64,000 nucleotides of DNA from the human T2T-CHM13v2.0 reference genome, Homo sapiens: NCBI RefSeq assembly GCF_009914755.1, contig NC_060926.1. One strand, written 5' to 3'. The notes under the pieces were generated by a model. It ran no database searches. It was not told the DNA's origin and saw only the letters and a program-made list of their open reading frames with translations. Position 1 is the stretch's first letter. Each line of letters opens with the position of its first letter. The position numbers and the translations under genes were made by a program. Positions 60,299 to 64,000 of this stretch are shown one piece after another.

Positions 60299-60698
60299 AA
60301 GAAAGACATTTTAAACTACTTAAACATATAAGTAATTTTACCTGGACCAAGCAAGAGTACTTAATCCAGAAACTAAAGTATCTAATGAAAAAGGCTAGAG
60401 AGAAAGATGACCCAGCCTTCCCCAAGGAGGCAGACCTGAGCTCATTTATGCCTTCTGCTGCACAAGTGAAGAGAAAGTACCCCAAAAAAGCAAAACGTCT
60501 ACTTGGAGCAGAAGGTCCTATCATGGTACAAAAGCAAGGAAAATAAAAAATTTCATGTATTTAATTACAGTGACACCTGCCCACAAAATATTGTGATCTA
60601 GTAAGTTTCTCCAAGTCTGGCTAAAGTATCAACTCCTTCTCCCTGGAGAAAGGGGCAGGAGATTTCCCTGGCTCTTTTAAGAGTTTTAAGAACAGATT

Positions 60699-64000
<3,302 letters not shown>

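Overview
Primate (human-like) genomic DNA, repeat-dense. The only recognisable host gene is the 5' part of OLA1 (Obg-like ATPase 1) on the minus strand: a CpG-island promoter and non-coding exon 1 (~20.9-21.0 kb), coding exon 2 (19149-19249, beginning exactly at the ATG) and coding exon 3 (1739-1882); the gene continues past the left edge. The 43 kb upstream is intergenic and holds many Alus, ancient L2/MIR/MLT/Tigger/MER relics, a ~720 bp almost pure A/T tract, a 5'-truncated L1PA2-like element with dead ORF1 but a fully open 1276-aa ORF2 (42163-47177, 11-bp TSD), and an older disrupted L1PA running off the right edge. A 7SL retrocopy lies in OLA1 intron 2. I found no convincing new biological system. 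The best leads are the ORF2-only L1, an inverted-Alu geometry predicting an exon2-exon3 circRNA with a novel C-terminus, apparent inverted-Alu deletion scars, and unique minus-strand blocks that read like a decayed gene. Repeat family names and most repeat boundaries come from recalled consensus sequences and are approximate.
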